A stretch of 64,000 bases of DNA, from NCBI GenBank assembly GCA_020026435.1, contig JAHHQK010000002.1, positions 55,518 to 119,517 of the forward strand, written 5' to 3'. Positions 50,512-59,131 of the stretch are shown here, piece after piece (within the stretch, counting starts at the first letter, position 1; the number at the start of each line of letters is the position of its first letter). The notes under the pieces are model-generated. The model did not search any database and was not told the origin of the DNA. It saw only the letters and a program-made list of their open reading frames with translations. Origin of the DNA: Alistipes sp. (GTDB taxonomy: Bacteria; Bacteroidota; Bacteroidia; Bacteroidales; Rikenellaceae). The translations under genes were made by a program, and so were the position numbers.

Positions 50512-51705
50512 TTAGGCCGTAGCGTGAATAAGTTTCTTGACCGGATGTGTACCCGCATCGAGTAAGGTGCCGTCTACGCGGGCAAACCCAAACAGCCCGA
50601 TGGAGAGGTATTCCGCCAGCAACTCATTCAGCCGCACAACCTTGAAGTTCTGCACCATCCGAATCTTATACTTCGAAAAGTCTCCGAAGAGTACCGAGGC
50701 GGCACCTGCTCCGATGTCGGCCATATCATCGTTCAGGATGTAACTCTTGCCGAACAGCATGGCCGGTGTTCCCTCCCTGGCTCCTTCCTGCCAGATGTAG
50801 TTGCCGTTGTTATCCTTGACTTTTGCGAGCTCCCACAGCGTATTGCGGTTGAGCATGAATTTCCCCTTTGGCGCATATGCCGCATCCACCGACCGAATAA
50901 GGTCGATAAGGTTGTCGAGCGTGATGGAGGTTGCGGCGGCTTTTGTCGTACACTCCGTGGCGGCCGTGACGATCCCCTTGGGTTGCGATGAGCCGGACCC
51001 GGTGGTCAGATGCTCGTTGATACCACGCCCGAACGACTCGGCAAGAAGACCGCTGAGAAGCGAGTCCAGATCAAAGGCGGAGTCTTGCAGCAACTCCAAC
51101 GATACCGGGATGATTGGCGTGCGGTAGGTGTGAGCCTTCAAGAGTACCGAACCAAAGGTGGGCGCACGTTTCGTAGACTGCTGGTACTCGGCAACGATGG
51201 TCGCCTTGGCAGACGTGTCATCAATGGTCGGCAGGGTCAGATCATCACCCTTGGAGGTCGTGAAGATCTGGCCGGCTTCGAACATACCTCCATAGCTTTT
51301 CAGGGCAACCTCAATGGAAGAGGCCAGGCTCCGGGGAATAATGACACCGCCCGAGAGTCCGGAGATCCCGGCTCGAGCTTCAATGGCAGTACGACTCTCT
51401 GCCGAGATACCCGTCACACCGTGCAACAGGTAGTCAGTGAAAGCCGACCGATACTCTGCCTCTTTCTGATCATTGGTTGTACCCTGAACACGATGATGGT
51501 GTGCTTCGACCTGCCTGCGTTCGATATCGACGAACCGCTCTTCCGTCTCGACAGCCTGGTCCGCACGATCATAGTCCGCAATAAGGGCGTCCCACCTCTG
51601 ACGCTCCTCTGCGTTCATCTCCCGGCCATCGGTTGCCTTGCGCAACTCATCAATCTGCGAAAAGATTGTGGCGCGCTGTTCCTTGAGTTGTTTGAGTTTT
51701 CCCAT
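50512..51705 (-). CDS. Major capsid protein, HK97 fold
   Basis: Coiled-coil delta domain, GGVIIP, VSLELLQDS, GSGSSQPKGI, FGDFSKY, RVDG. Confidence 0.95.
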   Translation of the reverse strand: MGKLKQLKEQRATIFSQIDELRKATDGREMNAEERQRWDALIADYDRADQAVETEERFVDIERRQVEAHHHRVQGTTNDQKEAEYRSAFTDYLLHGVTGISAESRTAIEARAGISGLSGGVIIPRSLASSIEVALKSYGGMFEAGQIFTTSKGDDLTLPTIDDTSAKATIVAEYQQSTKRAPTFGSVLLKAHTYRTPIIPVSLELLQDSAFDLDSLLSGLLAESFGRGINEHLTTGSGSSQPKGIVTAATECTTKAAATSITLDNLIDLIRSVDAAYAPKGKFMLNRNTLWELAKVKDNNGNYIWQEGAREGTPAMLFGKSYILNDDMADIGAGAASVLFGDFSKYKIRMVQNFKVVRLNELLAEYLSIGLFGFARVDGTLLDAGTHPVKKLIHATA

Positions 51706-51708
51706 ATT

Positions 51709-52350
51709 TCAGTTTTTGAGTTTAAGTTGCATGGTCAGCCGTTCGCGGCTTACAGAATCGTACTTCGCGGAGGACGCACAACGTTGCCATTGGGCCTTAC
51801 GCTCCTCAAGGTGACGAAGACTCGCCTCCGTATCGGGATAGGCCGGATAGACTACAAGCGATACGTCGTAAAGTTTGGAGATATGGCGCACTGTCCGTTC
51901 ATCATATTCCAGCCCATTCTCCTTGTCTGCGTATCGCCACTCATCCGCATCGACCGTAAATTTGAAGGAGCATCTGGCAATGTCACCACGTTGCACCAAC
52001 TCCACCATATCGTTGCCCAGAGAGGTGTTGGGAGCTTCAAACGAGAACCGCAGGCCTACCTCATCCGTAGAGAGGGTGAGTGTACCGCTGGAGGTGCGGG
52101 CCAGGATACTCTCTGCATTGTGATTGTAACACATCACCACATCGCTGACATCACATCCCGAAAAGGCCTCACGCGCTATACGCTCTCGGAACCACCCCAT
52201 AATCGGCTCACTCCAGCACTCAAACTTGACGGCATAGCCGACAATCGTTCGGCCGGCAGCCGGTTCACTGCGTTGCTCGATGCGCACATCAGAGAGTGCA
52301 CAACGCACCTCCACAGGCTCATTCGGCCTTATTTCCTTTATCTGTGTCAT
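51709..52350 (-). CDS. HK97 prohead protease
   Basis: GYAVKF, NH, LART, RGDI..CSFKF, DVSLVVYPAY; start at ATG 52350. Confidence 0.92.
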   Translation of the reverse strand: MTQIKEIRPNEPVEVRCALSDVRIEQRSEPAAGRTIVGYAVKFECWSEPIMGWFRERIAREAFSGCDVSDVVMCYNHNAESILARTSSGTLTLSTDEVGLRFSFEAPNTSLGNDMVELVQRGDIARCSFKFTVDADEWRYADKENGLEYDERTVRHISKLYDVSLVVYPAYPDTEASLRHLEERKAQWQRCASSAKYDSVSRERLTMQLKLKN

Positions 52351-53623
52351 TATCGGTATCTGTTTTTCCTTGATTCTGCTCTCCGGAGGATAATGCCAAT
52401 GCCGTGCGCACCGGCTGCATATTCGCCTGCACAAAGTACTCATCACCTCCATCGTAGGTATTCATATCTTCAAGCGAGCGGATCTCATTGGCAGACATCG
52501 CACCCACCATATTCATGTTTTTGTAGAACTCCGACCGTGTTTTGGCATCTCCCCGTAACAGACCGTTCAAGCCAAAGAGGAAATAAAACGACCCGGCTTC
52601 ATCTTCGCGCAACAACTTGCGGTTGAACTCCTCCTCCAGACGTACAAGATAGGGCATCAGGCAGTATTGGACGAATTCCATTCCCTGATGCTCGATGTTG
52701 TTGTTCGTAGCGCGCTCCAGATCGGCAATCATATGCGGTGGCACTCCATAGATGGTAGCGATCTCGGTCTTCTGAAACTTGCGCGTAGCAATGAACTGCG
52801 CATCTTCGGGTGGAATGGAGATCCGCTCATAGGTCATACCTCCCTCCAGGAGCAACGGGACATGCGAATTGTGCAGTCCCGAGCTTTGGGCTATGAGGTC
52901 GCGCTTGAGTCGCTGGTATGCTTCCGGTTTCAAGGTCGAAGGGTACTTGAACACGCCCGACATATTGCCTCCCTGATTGAAGAAGCGTTCACCGTACTCC
53001 TGCGCTGCCTGCGAAAGATAGAGGTTGTCACGATGTACGGCAATGGGGCTCTTACCTTTATAGCCGTTGGTCGAGAGTCCCCGCAGGTGGATAACATCAT
53101 CCGAAGAGAGCATTTCTCCCGAAGAAGTGCGGTAATAAAGCACATCATCGGCACTCAGAAGAGGCTCGATCTCGGCCGGGTGCTGCAGTTGCAGGCGCAC
53201 GGGACGGTAGAATTTATCGCGATAGATGCGAGCATACCCATTGCCCCACAATGTACACGACACCATCAGATGGTGCATCAATGCGAAACGACCGGTATAC
53301 GAATTGGGACGCTGAAGCAGAAGATGAGCGGGATGTGAATACGCCTTCTCGCGACCTTGTGACGTACGTTGGTAGAGATGAACGGGCAATGTTCCCACGG
53401 TTTCGGAAAGGATGCGCACACAAGCCCACACGGCCGAAAGATTGAGCGAGCCCTCCTCGGATATGTAACGTTGCGCCGTATTGTCGGAAACGGTGTCGGA
53501 GAGAAGAGCCGCATTGACCGCCTGTTCAAACTCTGAAGACGATACGCGGCTCTCCCTCCGGCTCCTGGCGGAGCGCGTGCGAGAGAAGAGATATGAAAGC
53601 CAGCTTGACACCGTTATTTGCAT
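52319..53623 (-). CDS. Portal protein, HK97 family
   Basis: AVWACVRILSET, GNGY, GKSPI, DAQF, NNIEHQ, NEIRSLED. Confidence 0.95.
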   Translation of the reverse strand: MQITVSSWLSYLFSRTRSARSRRESRVSSSEFEQAVNAALLSDTVSDNTAQRYISEEGSLNLSAVWACVRILSETVGTLPVHLYQRTSQGREKAYSHPAHLLLQRPNSYTGRFALMHHLMVSCTLWGNGYARIYRDKFYRPVRLQLQHPAEIEPLLSADDVLYYRTSSGEMLSSDDVIHLRGLSTNGYKGKSPIAVHRDNLYLSQAAQEYGERFFNQGGNMSGVFKYPSTLKPEAYQRLKRDLIAQSSGLHNSHVPLLLEGGMTYERISIPPEDAQFIATRKFQKTEIATIYGVPPHMIADLERATNNNIEHQGMEFVQYCLMPYLVRLEEEFNRKLLREDEAGSFYFLFGLNGLLRGDAKTRSEFYKNMNMVGAMSANEIRSLEDMNTYDGGDEYFVQANMQPVRTALALSSGEQNQGKTDTDNDTDKGNKAE

Positions 53624-53635
53624 CTATGTACGATG

Positions 53636-53685
53636 CAAACATAAAGCGACTACCGGCTTTAACAGATGAACAATGTTCAGTTATA
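53636..53685 (-). promoter_or_regulatory. Putative late promoter copy 1 (-7 TATGTTTG plus perfect palindrome TGAACA-A-TGTTCA)
   Basis: Consensus -7 at 53636-53643, palindrome at 53667-53679, directly upstream of the portal gene. Confidence 0.7.
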
Positions 53686-53965
53686 AGAATTCCTTGCGCC
53701 GACGACGGCTGATTGCCAGGTGCAACGAACGGATGTCGGCATAGCGGCGTGAGCCGAAGATGTTGTGATAGTACTCTTCCAAACGTTCATACGCCTCGAC
53801 CTGCGTTGGATAGAGATCACACATTCGGCGATAATACCGGATAAAACCATCGGTAGAGAGCAGTTCTCGGTGTTCCGACGAGAGAGGCGCAAGACTTTCA
53901 AGCCGTTGCTCCATATCGGCCCGCAGAGCCAGCTGGTGTGCTGTGTTTCTCCTTCGACGACTCAT
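53681..53965 (-). CDS. Basic 94-aa hypothetical protein between terL and portal
   Basis: ATGA overlap with terL; EAYERLE.YY...FG.RRY motif, Arg-rich termini. Confidence 0.7.
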   Translation of the reverse strand: MSRRRRNTAHQLALRADMEQRLESLAPLSSEHRELLSTDGFIRYYRRMCDLYPTQVEAYERLEEYYHNIFGSRRYADIRSLHLAISRRRRKEFL

Positions 53966-55635
53966 AGTTGCAACAACCCGCGTTGATTATAGGGATTTTC
54001 GTCTTCGGAGGCCTGAGCTGTCATCCATTCCCCCAAAGCCATAATCGAAGCTACGATACCATCGATCTTCTGCGTTGACTTGGCCTTGTCGGGTTTGATA
54101 TTGCCGGCCGGATCGGTCATCACTACGGTCGAAGCGAGCATCCATCGCAACACCGGATTGCCGAAATGTTCGATCTTCCCCGTGAGAACCATCTTCTCAA
54201 ACTCTTTTGTGGGAGCGGACATTGAGCCGTAACCCTGCCCGAACGGGTTACACACCATACCTTCGTTCTGCAGATCGATAATTGTCTGCGAGGAGTTCCA
54301 TCGGTCATACGCTGAAGCCTGCAAATCGTAGTCCGCAACAATACGCAGGATATCCGCCTTGACAAAATCGTAGTCGATGACATTCCCCGGTGTAACAGTG
54401 ACGTATCCCTCGGCCACCCATCGCTCATAGTTGATGTTCTCCTTTCGGATCTTCTCCTGCATCTTCTCTTCCGGAATCCAAAAGTATGGCAACAGCTGGA
54501 AGTGGTCGTTCTCATGAAACAACAGAACGTAAGCCGTAATGTCCGAGACGTTCGAGAGATCGAGGCCTCCCCAGCAGACACAGCCCTTCAACTCCTCGCG
54601 AGGAGTCGTGCCGATGCATTCCATCCACTTCTCGTCCAGAATCCATGTCCGCTCGGCATCTACCCACAGGTTGAAGTTCTTGGTCAGCACATTGCGTACG
54701 GCTTCGGGGCGATTCTTCGCATCCTTGACCTGATCGGCAAGGTAGTCTGAAGAGAGCGATACCCCGAGATTGGGATTGGACTTGCTCCACATCTTCGGGT
54801 CGTCCCACTCCTCTTTTGAGTCCTGGGTATAGATGATACCAAAGAGCGAGTCGTCCTCGTTCACTCCACGCAACACCTTGATGACATTATCCCGATAGGC
54901 ATAGCAAGCCCCCGCTTTGTTGAAACCTGCCGTGGTAATGATAAACATCAACGGCTGGCGGCGAGCTCCAAAAGCAGACTTGAGGACATCGAACATTCCC
55001 GAATCCTTATGTGCATGAAACTCATCGATAATGGCACAACTCGGATTCAAGCCATCGTGCGTACCGTAATCCGAAGAGAGCGGTTTCATCGTGCCTCCTT
55101 TCAGGTCGTAGACGATCGAGTTGCGAAAAGGTGTGAGATAGTTCTTCAAATCGGTAGCCTTGACAATAGCCACGGCATCCGAGAAGCAGATCTTCGCCTG
55201 GTCTTTGATCGTCGCAGCGGAATAGACCTCCGGACGCGACTCCCCATCAGCAAAGAGCATATAGAGGGCGATGCCTGCCGCAAGAGCGGTCTTGCCGTTC
55301 TTGCGGGCAATCTCAATGTAGGTGTAACGGAAACGGCGTGTCCCATCGGCATGTTTCCAGCCAAAAATATTCCACACCACAAATTGTTGCCACGGCTCAA
55401 GACGAAAACGGCTACCGGCCCACTTGCCTTTGGTATGCTTCAGGCATTCGATGAAGTGGATGGCACGAATCGCTTCTCTGCGATCAAAAAACCAACCTCT
55501 GTCGAGAGCCATATCCAGGTCGCGGTAATATCGACCGACAGCCAAACGAACATACTCACACGCCAGAATCTCTCCTGAACGTACCCTCCGGGCGTACTCC
55601 TCGGCCAGATGTAGTTTCTGCTTCTCTTTACTCAT
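53962..55635 (-). CDS. terL: Terminase large subunit
   Basis: LEPWQ, IARKNGKT, IIDEFH, ITTAG, GLDLS, YDRW, KIDG. Confidence 0.96.
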   Translation of the reverse strand: MSKEKQKLHLAEEYARRVRSGEILACEYVRLAVGRYYRDLDMALDRGWFFDRREAIRAIHFIECLKHTKGKWAGSRFRLEPWQQFVVWNIFGWKHADGTRRFRYTYIEIARKNGKTALAAGIALYMLFADGESRPEVYSAATIKDQAKICFSDAVAIVKATDLKNYLTPFRNSIVYDLKGGTMKPLSSDYGTHDGLNPSCAIIDEFHAHKDSGMFDVLKSAFGARRQPLMFIITTAGFNKAGACYAYRDNVIKVLRGVNEDDSLFGIIYTQDSKEEWDDPKMWSKSNPNLGVSLSSDYLADQVKDAKNRPEAVRNVLTKNFNLWVDAERTWILDEKWMECIGTTPREELKGCVCWGGLDLSNVSDITAYVLLFHENDHFQLLPYFWIPEEKMQEKIRKENINYERWVAEGYVTVTPGNVIDYDFVKADILRIVADYDLQASAYDRWNSSQTIIDLQNEGMVCNPFGQGYGSMSAPTKEFEKMVLTGKIEHFGNPVLRWMLASTVVMTDPAGNIKPDKAKSTQKIDGIVASIMALGEWMTAQASEDENPYNQRGLLQL

Positions 55636-56123
55636 CTCCTGTCACTGTTATCTCTTCAAATTCCGCAAAGTCATTCTTGGGGGTGTTGTTCGCGAGAAGT
55701 GCTGCGACACGATTACGACTCGATGGAGTCATTCCGAACTCCGTAGCCAGCGACCGTGCAGCTGCCAATGCACCCTCAGCAATCTTGCGTTTGGGATTCA
55801 CGATAATAGTTGTACCTTGTTTGGTTTCTATCTCTACGGTTGCCCCTTCGCGCTCGACATCACGCATCAAGTCATGGTACAAGGCCATCTCGCGGGCATA
55901 CGCCACGACCAGATCCACACCTGTAACATCCAGCAGGCCTTTGTGAATAAGCTCCGTGGCAACAACGGCAAATATCTTCTTCGCTGTGCCCTTTAACCCT
56001 GTACGTGGCAGAGCCACAACCGCAGTGGTCGGTGGAATCGCCACGCTGTTACTCATCCGGCACGGCTGGTCTGTTCCCCGCAGGGATTTCAAGGCATCAG
56101 GTATTTTTTTTGCGTCCTTTCAT
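55628..56123 (-). CDS. terS: Terminase small subunit (P27 family); 5' end frameshifted in an A8 run
   Basis: NPK...EFGMTPSSR; ATG 56123 gives MKGRKKIPDALKSLRGT only if the A8 run at 56104-56111 is A7; in-frame TTG at 56092 is a possible alternative start. Confidence 0.85.
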
Positions 56124-56132
56124 AAAATGCTA

Positions 56133-56342
56133 TATCTTTGCATTGCCTTTCCCTCAATATCAAAAGATAGTCTTTTTAGACTTTAAATCTAAAAAATCTG
56201 ATTACTATGGAGATAATAAACTTCATTCTAATCACTTTTGTAAGCTGAGCGTTATGGCAACTCTTTGATGCCGCCAAGGCTCAGATCAAGGAGTGATTCA
56301 AAAAACATTAATTGTTTCCGCCTTCGGGCGGTTTTCTTTTTT
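56133..56342 (+). other. Small transcription unit: -7 promoter, 5' hairpin, 34-codon peptide frame (56207-56311) with two internal TGA, intrinsic terminator
   Basis: TATCTTTG at 56133; MEIINFILITFVS*ALWQLFDAAKAQIKE*FKKH-TAA; CCGCC-TTCG-GGCGG-TTTTCTTTTTT at 56318-56342. Confidence 0.6.
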
Positions 56343-56344
56343 AT

Positions 56345-56420
56345 CAATTTTGCACGCGCGTCTTCTCGACTTGGGGCGCGATTGGGTTTGGCAGGGTGTG
56401 AAGGAATATGCCCCCCTATC
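56345..56420 (-). other. Putative cos region
   Basis: TAGGGGGGCAT...AATCGCGCCCCAAGTC...CGCGCGTGCAAAATT between HNH and terS, the usual position and look of HK97/P27-type cos regions. Confidence 0.55.
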
Positions 56421-56569
56421 CCCATACACGAAGTGTAGTTAATTGCACCATTTCCGCGATGCTTTATCAAAGAGTTACGGCGATTTTGGTGGGTCATTCC
56501 CAAAATTCAAACACTTTGTCATTCAAATCCTTAACACTGCAATTAATCACACCTTCATTAAACTGGTTA

Positions 56570-57508
56570 TCAACTCTTTAATGTTTCCGAGTTTTTGGTT
56601 ACCATTGCTTCGATTATCCGGCTGGGGTTCTGATCCAGCAGACGACGCTTCTGCGCCATATCGATATAGATGCGTGTAGTTGCCGAGGAGGTATGTCCGA
56701 GCAGATCCCTGATAAGCTCGATATCCATGCCGCTCTCAACGAGCAGACTTCCGCAAGTATGACGAAGCGAATGGGCCGTTATCTTCGGATCATTGATGCC
56801 AATGGCTCGCAAACGTTGCTTTACCAGGTGCGAGATGGACTGCGTAGTAAGACGTGTTGAACTCCGACCTTTGCAGTGATTGACAATCAAAGCATCTCCC
56901 CATCGAAAATCCCGTTCGGCAAGATACTCCTCATAGAGTGTTGCGGTGAATTCGGGGAGTGCCACCACATCATGTTTGTCAAGGTGACCCTTGCGCTGTA
57001 TGCGAAGCAATGTGCGATCTCCGTCACGTGCAACGTCTTCAATATTGATCCGGCACACCTCGCACGACCGCAGGCCATTCAGGAGCATCAGTGCGACGAT
57101 GAGTTTGTCGCGCTTGCCCACGATACTCTCCGTGGAGATGCTCTCCAGGAGTTGTTGCGCCTGAAATGCCGAGAGCGGGTACTTGTAGTGTTCGCGCGAA
57201 CGGATGCTTGAACGAATGCCCTCTCCGATATCTTCGCAGTAATGCCGCTTGGCACAGTAGCGATAGAAGAGCCGCACGACTGTGATGTAGCTGAAATACG
57301 TGTAACGGCTCTTGCCCTCATAAAGCAACTGTTGCCTGAAAGCGAGGATATCATCACGTCTCGGCTCCCGGGGATCCTTACCCTGCGCAACAAGCCACCG
57401 GAACCACAGCCGTATTTTACGGCGATAGTCGGTCTGCGTTGAAGGAAGACCATCGAGCGAGGCGATCCACTCTTCGATGATTTGATTTAACGATAGCGTT
57501 GTTCTCAT
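56570..57508 (-). CDS. Second tyrosine recombinase (XerC/D-like), intact
   Basis: RD...GLRSCE, KG, HSLRHT, LLGHTS..TT.IY. Confidence 0.9.
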   Translation of the reverse strand: MRTTLSLNQIIEEWIASLDGLPSTQTDYRRKIRLWFRWLVAQGKDPREPRRDDILAFRQQLLYEGKSRYTYFSYITVVRLFYRYCAKRHYCEDIGEGIRSSIRSREHYKYPLSAFQAQQLLESISTESIVGKRDKLIVALMLLNGLRSCEVCRINIEDVARDGDRTLLRIQRKGHLDKHDVVALPEFTATLYEEYLAERDFRWGDALIVNHCKGRSSTRLTTQSISHLVKQRLRAIGINDPKITAHSLRHTCGSLLVESGMDIELIRDLLGHTSSATTRIYIDMAQKRRLLDQNPSRIIEAMVTKNSETLKS

Positions 57509-57636
57509 CTTCTTTGCCTGATGTAAAAATGGGAGGAATGCAGATGCCACATGCCATTAAGGACTGATTGCAAACCACCATCCGCACTCCTCCGGAAAGA
57601 TTTACTTCATAGGCGATACAATTTAATGGTTAATAA

Positions 57637-57933
57637 CTATTTATCCCGTGCCGATTTACGGCTGTGACATCTGTTGCATAACGATTGCAGATTCTCAATA
57701 TCCAGCGGAGCACCGCCCTTATTGATCGGAATGATGTGGTCGACCATCTGTGCCGGGGTGTGACGTCCCTGACGCAGACACTCCTCGCAAAGCGGGTGTT
57801 TCTGCAACTGCACAAGACGTAGCTTCCGCCATGCTACAGATTGATAGAAGGACGTATTGTGATGGCGATATCCCTCATAAGGCTTTCGTAGGGGAAGCCA
57901 CGGCCGTGGTGTGTTTCGTTTCAAACGTGGCAT
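57637..57933 (-). CDS. HNH endonuclease (terminase-associated, HK97 gp74-like)
   Basis: FYQS..W, PLCEEC, VDHIIP...GG, NLQSLCNRCH. Confidence 0.92.
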   Translation of the reverse strand: MPRLKRNTPRPWLPLRKPYEGYRHHNTSFYQSVAWRKLRLVQLQKHPLCEECLRQGRHTPAQMVDHIIPINKGGAPLDIENLQSLCNRCHSRKSARDK

Positions 57934-58208
57934 CAGCGTATTATATCGGGGTTAACAGGTAATGACGTATCTTCCGTGCGGAAGCCTTTCACCCGCAGAA
58001 TTCCAGCTTCGGGGAAACGCTCTCGCAGTGCCTCTGCCGAAAAATCGAAATAGGCAAAGTCGTCCGTAAAAGCAAACTGCTCATAATCCAGAAGGTTACG
58101 GCGCAGGGCAAGTAGATCGTAGTCATCCCATAACAGGATCTCGCCATTGTGTGTGGCATATTTGCGCTTGCCATTGGTCAAGCAGAAGATTACTCGATAC
58201 TCTTTCAT
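57933..58208 (-). CDS. Hypothetical phage protein
   Basis: 91 aa; start and stop overlap both neighbours. Confidence 0.65.
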   Translation of the reverse strand: MKEYRVIFCLTNGKRKYATHNGEILLWDDYDLLALRRNLLDYEQFAFTDDFAYFDFSAEALRERFPEAGILRVKGFRTEDTSLPVNPDIIR

Positions 58209-58477
58209 ACCAGGCGTTGTTTATAGTCCTTCAGTTCGATGAACAGTTGTAGCTCCAAGCGAACAATACTTGCCGCAGGATAGCGTCCGCTCTTTCGGCC
58301 GCGCACATACTTGCGGTGCAGACGTTGCAGGAAAATCTCGGCATCGCGCCTGTCAATCTGCTCCGCGATAAGTTCATAGCCCAATGGTGTATCCGTGGAT
58401 GGCGGAATGATGATCTGGAATCGGTTCTGCGCATAATTGTAGCAGAGGGACACGATTTGGATGGGTATCTCATTCAT
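58205..58477 (-). CDS. Hypothetical phage protein
   Basis: 90 aa from ATG 58477; ATGA overlap with the next gene. Confidence 0.6.
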   Translation of the reverse strand: MNEIPIQIVSLCYNYAQNRFQIIIPPSTDTPLGYELIAEQIDRRDAEIFLQRLHRKYVRGRKSGRYPAASIVRLELQLFIELKDYKQRLV

Positions 58478-58487
58478 AACATACTGA

Positions 58488-59126
58488 TCATTTACGCAGG
58501 CTCTCGCCGCTGAAATGGACACTTCGACACAGATGCGCCAGGCGATCCATCGTGCGCTCGCCATAGCGGTTGTAAATCTGTTCTTCACAGAGGTTCGTAG
58601 TGATAAAGACCGGACGATGATAGCGCTCGGCCGCATTAAGCACCAGATTGAAACCCTCATATCGTTCGCCATAATCATTGAGCATCGGCTCGACACCCAA
58701 CTCATCGATAGCCGGAAACGATGAATGCAACAACCGATCAATGTAAAGCCACGGCCGGTGGCTGCGAAACGTTTGCTGATCGGGAATCTCCCTGCCCATA
58801 TCCTGCGCATGGACGGGCTGCAATACGCGGTTCTTCATACGGAACAGTACTGGGAGAACCCCGTTCAGAATTACGCTCTTGCCCCGTCCGCAATCGCCCA
58901 TCAGAAGCAGGCCTTTATCCTGCGTAGAGATCATCCACGCAATAATATCTTCATATTCGGGCAAATGGTGATATTGCTCGAAAGTGGAGTCCACGGAGCG
59001 GAAAATTGCCCGAAAAAGTTGATTGCAGGTCGCCCTGTCTCCCCAAGACCACGACCATATTTCGCGATGATCGAGCACGCCCTCGCGGGTCATCTGCGAA
59101 ATCAGTTGAGTAATGTTGTTTGCCAT
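58488..59126 (-). CDS. DnaC/IstB-like AAA+ helicase loader
   Basis: GLLLMGDCGRGKS, IDELGVE, ITTNL, RYGERTMDRL. Confidence 0.85.
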   Translation of the reverse strand: MANNITQLISQMTREGVLDHREIWSWSWGDRATCNQLFRAIFRSVDSTFEQYHHLPEYEDIIAWMISTQDKGLLLMGDCGRGKSVILNGVLPVLFRMKNRVLQPVHAQDMGREIPDQQTFRSHRPWLYIDRLLHSSFPAIDELGVEPMLNDYGERYEGFNLVLNAAERYHRPVFITTNLCEEQIYNRYGERTMDRLAHLCRSVHFSGESLRK

Positions 59127-59131
59127 AATAT

